Source of the DNA: Guillardia theta CCMP2712
Taxonomy: Eukaryota > Protista > Cryptophyta
Assembly: GCF_000315625.1 (NCBI RefSeq)
Contig: NW_005434672.1
Span: 606,426 to 670,425, forward strand
DNA length: 64,000 nucleotides
Direction of reading: 5' to 3'
Below the pieces are notes generated by a model. The model was not told the origin of the DNA, did not search any database, and saw only the letters and a list, made by a program, of their open reading frames with translations. Shown here in pieces: positions 61,301 to 64,000 of the stretch. Position 1 is the first letter of the stretch. The number at the start of each line of letters is the position of its first letter. Both the position numbers and the translations under genes were made by a program.

Positions 61301-64000
61301 TGTTTCTTTCTGGGCGAGTCTCGCGGGCCTTCGAACAACTTCATCCCGAGTTTTTTCAGGAAGCGAGAGGTGGGAAACAACCCCTTCTTCTTCTTCTTCT
61401 TCTTCTTCTCACCTTCACCATCCATTCGCTTTGACTTGCTTACGGGAGCAGGTGCAGACGATTTCTCCCCTTCTTTCTCCTCCTCCTCCTCTTCCTCCTC
61501 CTCTTGCTCCTCCTCGGTAGACTCCGACACCTCAGACGCCTCCTCCTCCCCTAGGATGATGTTGACCAGGTCGCTTCCCTCTACCAGCTGCACCATCACT
61601 GCCTCGCCCTTTGACGTTGGAACCTCCCCGCTAGTCAAACTTCCCACTTTAGCCGCAGCCTCCAGCTCAAGGAGTCGCTTCTCAAAATCCCTGCGCTCCT
61701 CCTCCTTCACCTCCTTGTCGTCCTCCCGGCACAGGCGGACGAACTCAGAGGAGGAGCGCAACACCGCGGGGTCCCGCACGTAGAAGCTCGCGTGCCGCCA
61801 GCCTCTCCCTCCCTCCCAGTGGAATGCGAAGAGGATCTCCAGGTGCGCGATCGACAAGTTTGCGGGGACCTCCCGCAGCCATTCCAGCTGGGGGGTCAGC
61901 AGGGATTCGTGCAGGCGGTAAGGAGAGGAGGGAACCCAGCCGTAGCGCTCGCCGAGGAGGCCGATGAAGAGAGGCATGCAGCGAGCGATCTCGGCAAAGA
62001 GCTCGCGGAGGAGGGTGAAAGGAAATGGGCCAGGCGTCATGCCGACGCGACAGTCAACGGGGACAAGCGAGACTCTGCGAGGAAGGAGCAGCTGCTGGAG
62101 GAAAGGGAAGGTCTGCTGGGCAAGCAGGTCGAGCTCAGGGAGCATGTCATGCGCGTCGGCAGAGATGTAGACATGGAGAGACCTGAACGTCTCCTCAAGC
62201 TGAACCCCCTGACGACACTCAAGCGGAAACAAGTCAGCTTGAAGATGATTCCGAAAGATGCCGACGGAAAGACCTCTCCCCATCCTCGTTCTCCTCCTTC
62301 CCTTCCTCGCCGCCTGTTTCGTCTTGCTCGCCTTGCCTTTTTCCCTCTCCCCCTGCTCCTCCTCCATCACCTGCTCCTCTTCCTCCTCCTCCTGCAAGAA
62401 CGTCTTCTGAAAGAAATCGGCGATTTCGATGTGCTTCAGTCGTTCGCTCTGCGACTGGTTCTTGAGCTTCCAGGCGAACTCATGGTCCCATCGCTTCCTC
62501 ATCAGCATCTCGTTCTGGTGCTCGTGGCTCGACAGTTTGCTCTCCGACATCAACTTCATCTCCTCCGGCTTGTGCAGCATGAAGCAACTCGCCTCTGCCT
62601 TCTTCACTGTCTGGAACGAGGGCTCGTGAAACAAGAGGCCACATACCGCACACCGCACAGGCGGCTCGACCACGAGGAATCTTCTGCCGCATTCCGCGCA
62701 GCACCCGCGGTAGTTGAGCTCCTTCTTCCTCCTCGACTCCCTCGCGATGACAAACTCTCGCTGCTTCCTCCTCTCGTCGTACTTCTCTCTCCGCGCCATC
62801 TCCTCCTCCTTCAGCCTGTCGAGGGTCGACTTGGACCCCGTAGCCTCTCGTTGCAACTCCTGGGAGGAGTCAGTGATGAAGCACTTCAGCTCCACGCCGG
62901 ACGAGTCGAGCGACAACTTTCGAACTTCCCGCCACCCGCGTCTTCCCTCCTCCTCGGTGTCTCCTCCCGTCAAGACCTCGTGTGCTCGCACCACGAGAGT
63001 TTTTGCCTCCTCCGGGGTCAGCAGAGGGTCGACCAATCGCTTCCCCTCCATGTAAGTGGCGCTGCGTCTCTTGTCAGCCTCTGCTGCGGCCGCTGCCTTC
63101 TTGTCATGGAAGCAGACCTCTACCAGCAGCTCTCCTCGCTTGCTTGGCACCTCCTGCTCGCGATCGAAGCTGTCGAGAAGAGGAAGAAGGAACTTTGACC
63201 GCTGCTGAAGGTTCACGTCGCCGAGGTAGAGCGAGCAGCACCCGACAAAGACATCCGAGTAGCCTGACGAGCAGGAGAAGAGCTCCAAGTCGACAGGGCC
63301 AGGAGGAGGGAAGTTGCATCGGAAGAGGAGCAGGCAGTCGAAGGTCGCGTCTGAGGAGGCTGTGACCACGTTGGTCTTGTGAGTGGTGGGCCCTAAGGTG
63401 GCAGTCACGAACAAGCTGAGAGAGCGGGAAGGAAGCAGCTCTTGTCTCGTCATCTTGGCCTGCACAATCTTGAGCTCCAGAGTGCCGCTCGGGCTCTCGT
63501 TCATGGACTTAGAGAAGATGCCGTAGGAGAGGAGAACCTCTCCCTTCCACTCGGGATGTTGCGGATGAACAAGCTGGTGCCAGCTCCTCGAGTAAGCCTC
63601 CACCCTCACCTGCGCCAGGTCAACCACAAACCCTCCCATGCCGTCGTCCCTCCAGCTCATGTCGTGATCATAGCACTCGACCACAACCTGCGAGTCAACG
63701 TCGTTGGCGGCAGCAGCGAAGACGAGCGTCTGGTTCCACCGCGGCTGCAGGCACTGGTACACCACGCAAGTCTTCTTAGCCACGTCCCCGTACTTGACAA
63801 GCAGGTAAGGGTCGCTGGTGCCGTTCCTGTCCAGGGCCGGCAGCCCTCGAGCTTCGATGGCGCGAATCTGCAGGACAAGGTCACCGTCAGACAGACGTAA
63901 AGCCGAGCGTAACCTCAAGGTAGCTGTCTCCCACTCCCGTTTCCTTCTTCCTCTTCAAGAGCAGCGACACTCGAACGTGTATACTTGTCTTGTTCCTCTC
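55325..64000 (-). CDS. Giant STAND NTPase: multiple C2 domains + Cys/His finger + DUF4062 + NACHT-like NTPase + WD40 repeats (TEP1/NWD-like), 5'-truncated
   Basis: C2 LPALDRNGTSDPY..YDHDMSWRDD; DUF4062 VYIS..DMLPE..VDCRVG..EIARCMPLFIGLLGERYGWVP; Walker A GDKGCGKS (59743-59766), Walker B LILVVDGMD; LADP..LPHHL helical region; many GH..WD repeats; stop at 55325. Confidence 0.88.
56151..56329 (+). repeat. (GGGAGGGAT)n 9-bp minisatellite within an intron
   Basis: About 20 tandem units inside intron 56114-56344 of the WD40 region. Confidence 0.95.

Noticed and set aside
1-64000. rRNA, tRNA, CRISPR arrays, transposase or reverse transcriptase genes
   Set aside because: None recognised by eye; a tRNAscan/Rfam/RepeatMasker run would be needed to exclude them formally.

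Overview
Gene-dense, GC-rich eukaryotic nuclear DNA, not prokaryotic. Most genes are split by very short (about 40-60 nt) GT-AG introns, so the supplied ORF track fragments them, and I rebuilt the gene models by hand. Two proteins of cyanobacterial origin (HHL1-like, DUF3727) carry bipartite signal-peptide-plus-Phe plastid presequences. This points to an alga with a secondary red plastid, most likely a cryptophyte such as Guillardia theta (inference). About 22 genes are present: an LSD1/KDM1-like amine oxidase (partial); a U-box-PDZ-BTB-BACK protein; a full-size ABCG/PDR transporter; a small type I membrane protein; a tandem RWP-RK transcription factor; HHL1-like; a MORN plus beta-helix protein; tandem PLAC8; PDK/BCKDK; zf-CW plus HARE-HTH; a MIT-beta-helix-MIB-SH3 protein; a TM-collagen-3xPA14 receptor; a secreted coiled-coil protein; DUF3727; CDK7-like; HIS3; a tail-anchored PDZ protein; ataxin-10; a PB1 plus RVxF protein; a candidate micro-exon peptide gene; an MDP-1-like pseudophosphatase; and a giant, 5'-truncated C2-DUF4062-NACHT-WD40 STAND protein. 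There is a 100-N assembly gap at 1945-2044. The best candidates for new biology are the Ca2+/membrane-targeted NLR-like STAND protein, the dual ubiquitin-ligase fusion, a scavenger-receptor-like collagen-PA14 protein, a structured 330-nt HIS3 intron, and G-tract blocks confined to divergent intergenic regions. All domain calls come from motif recognition by eye; no database searches were run.
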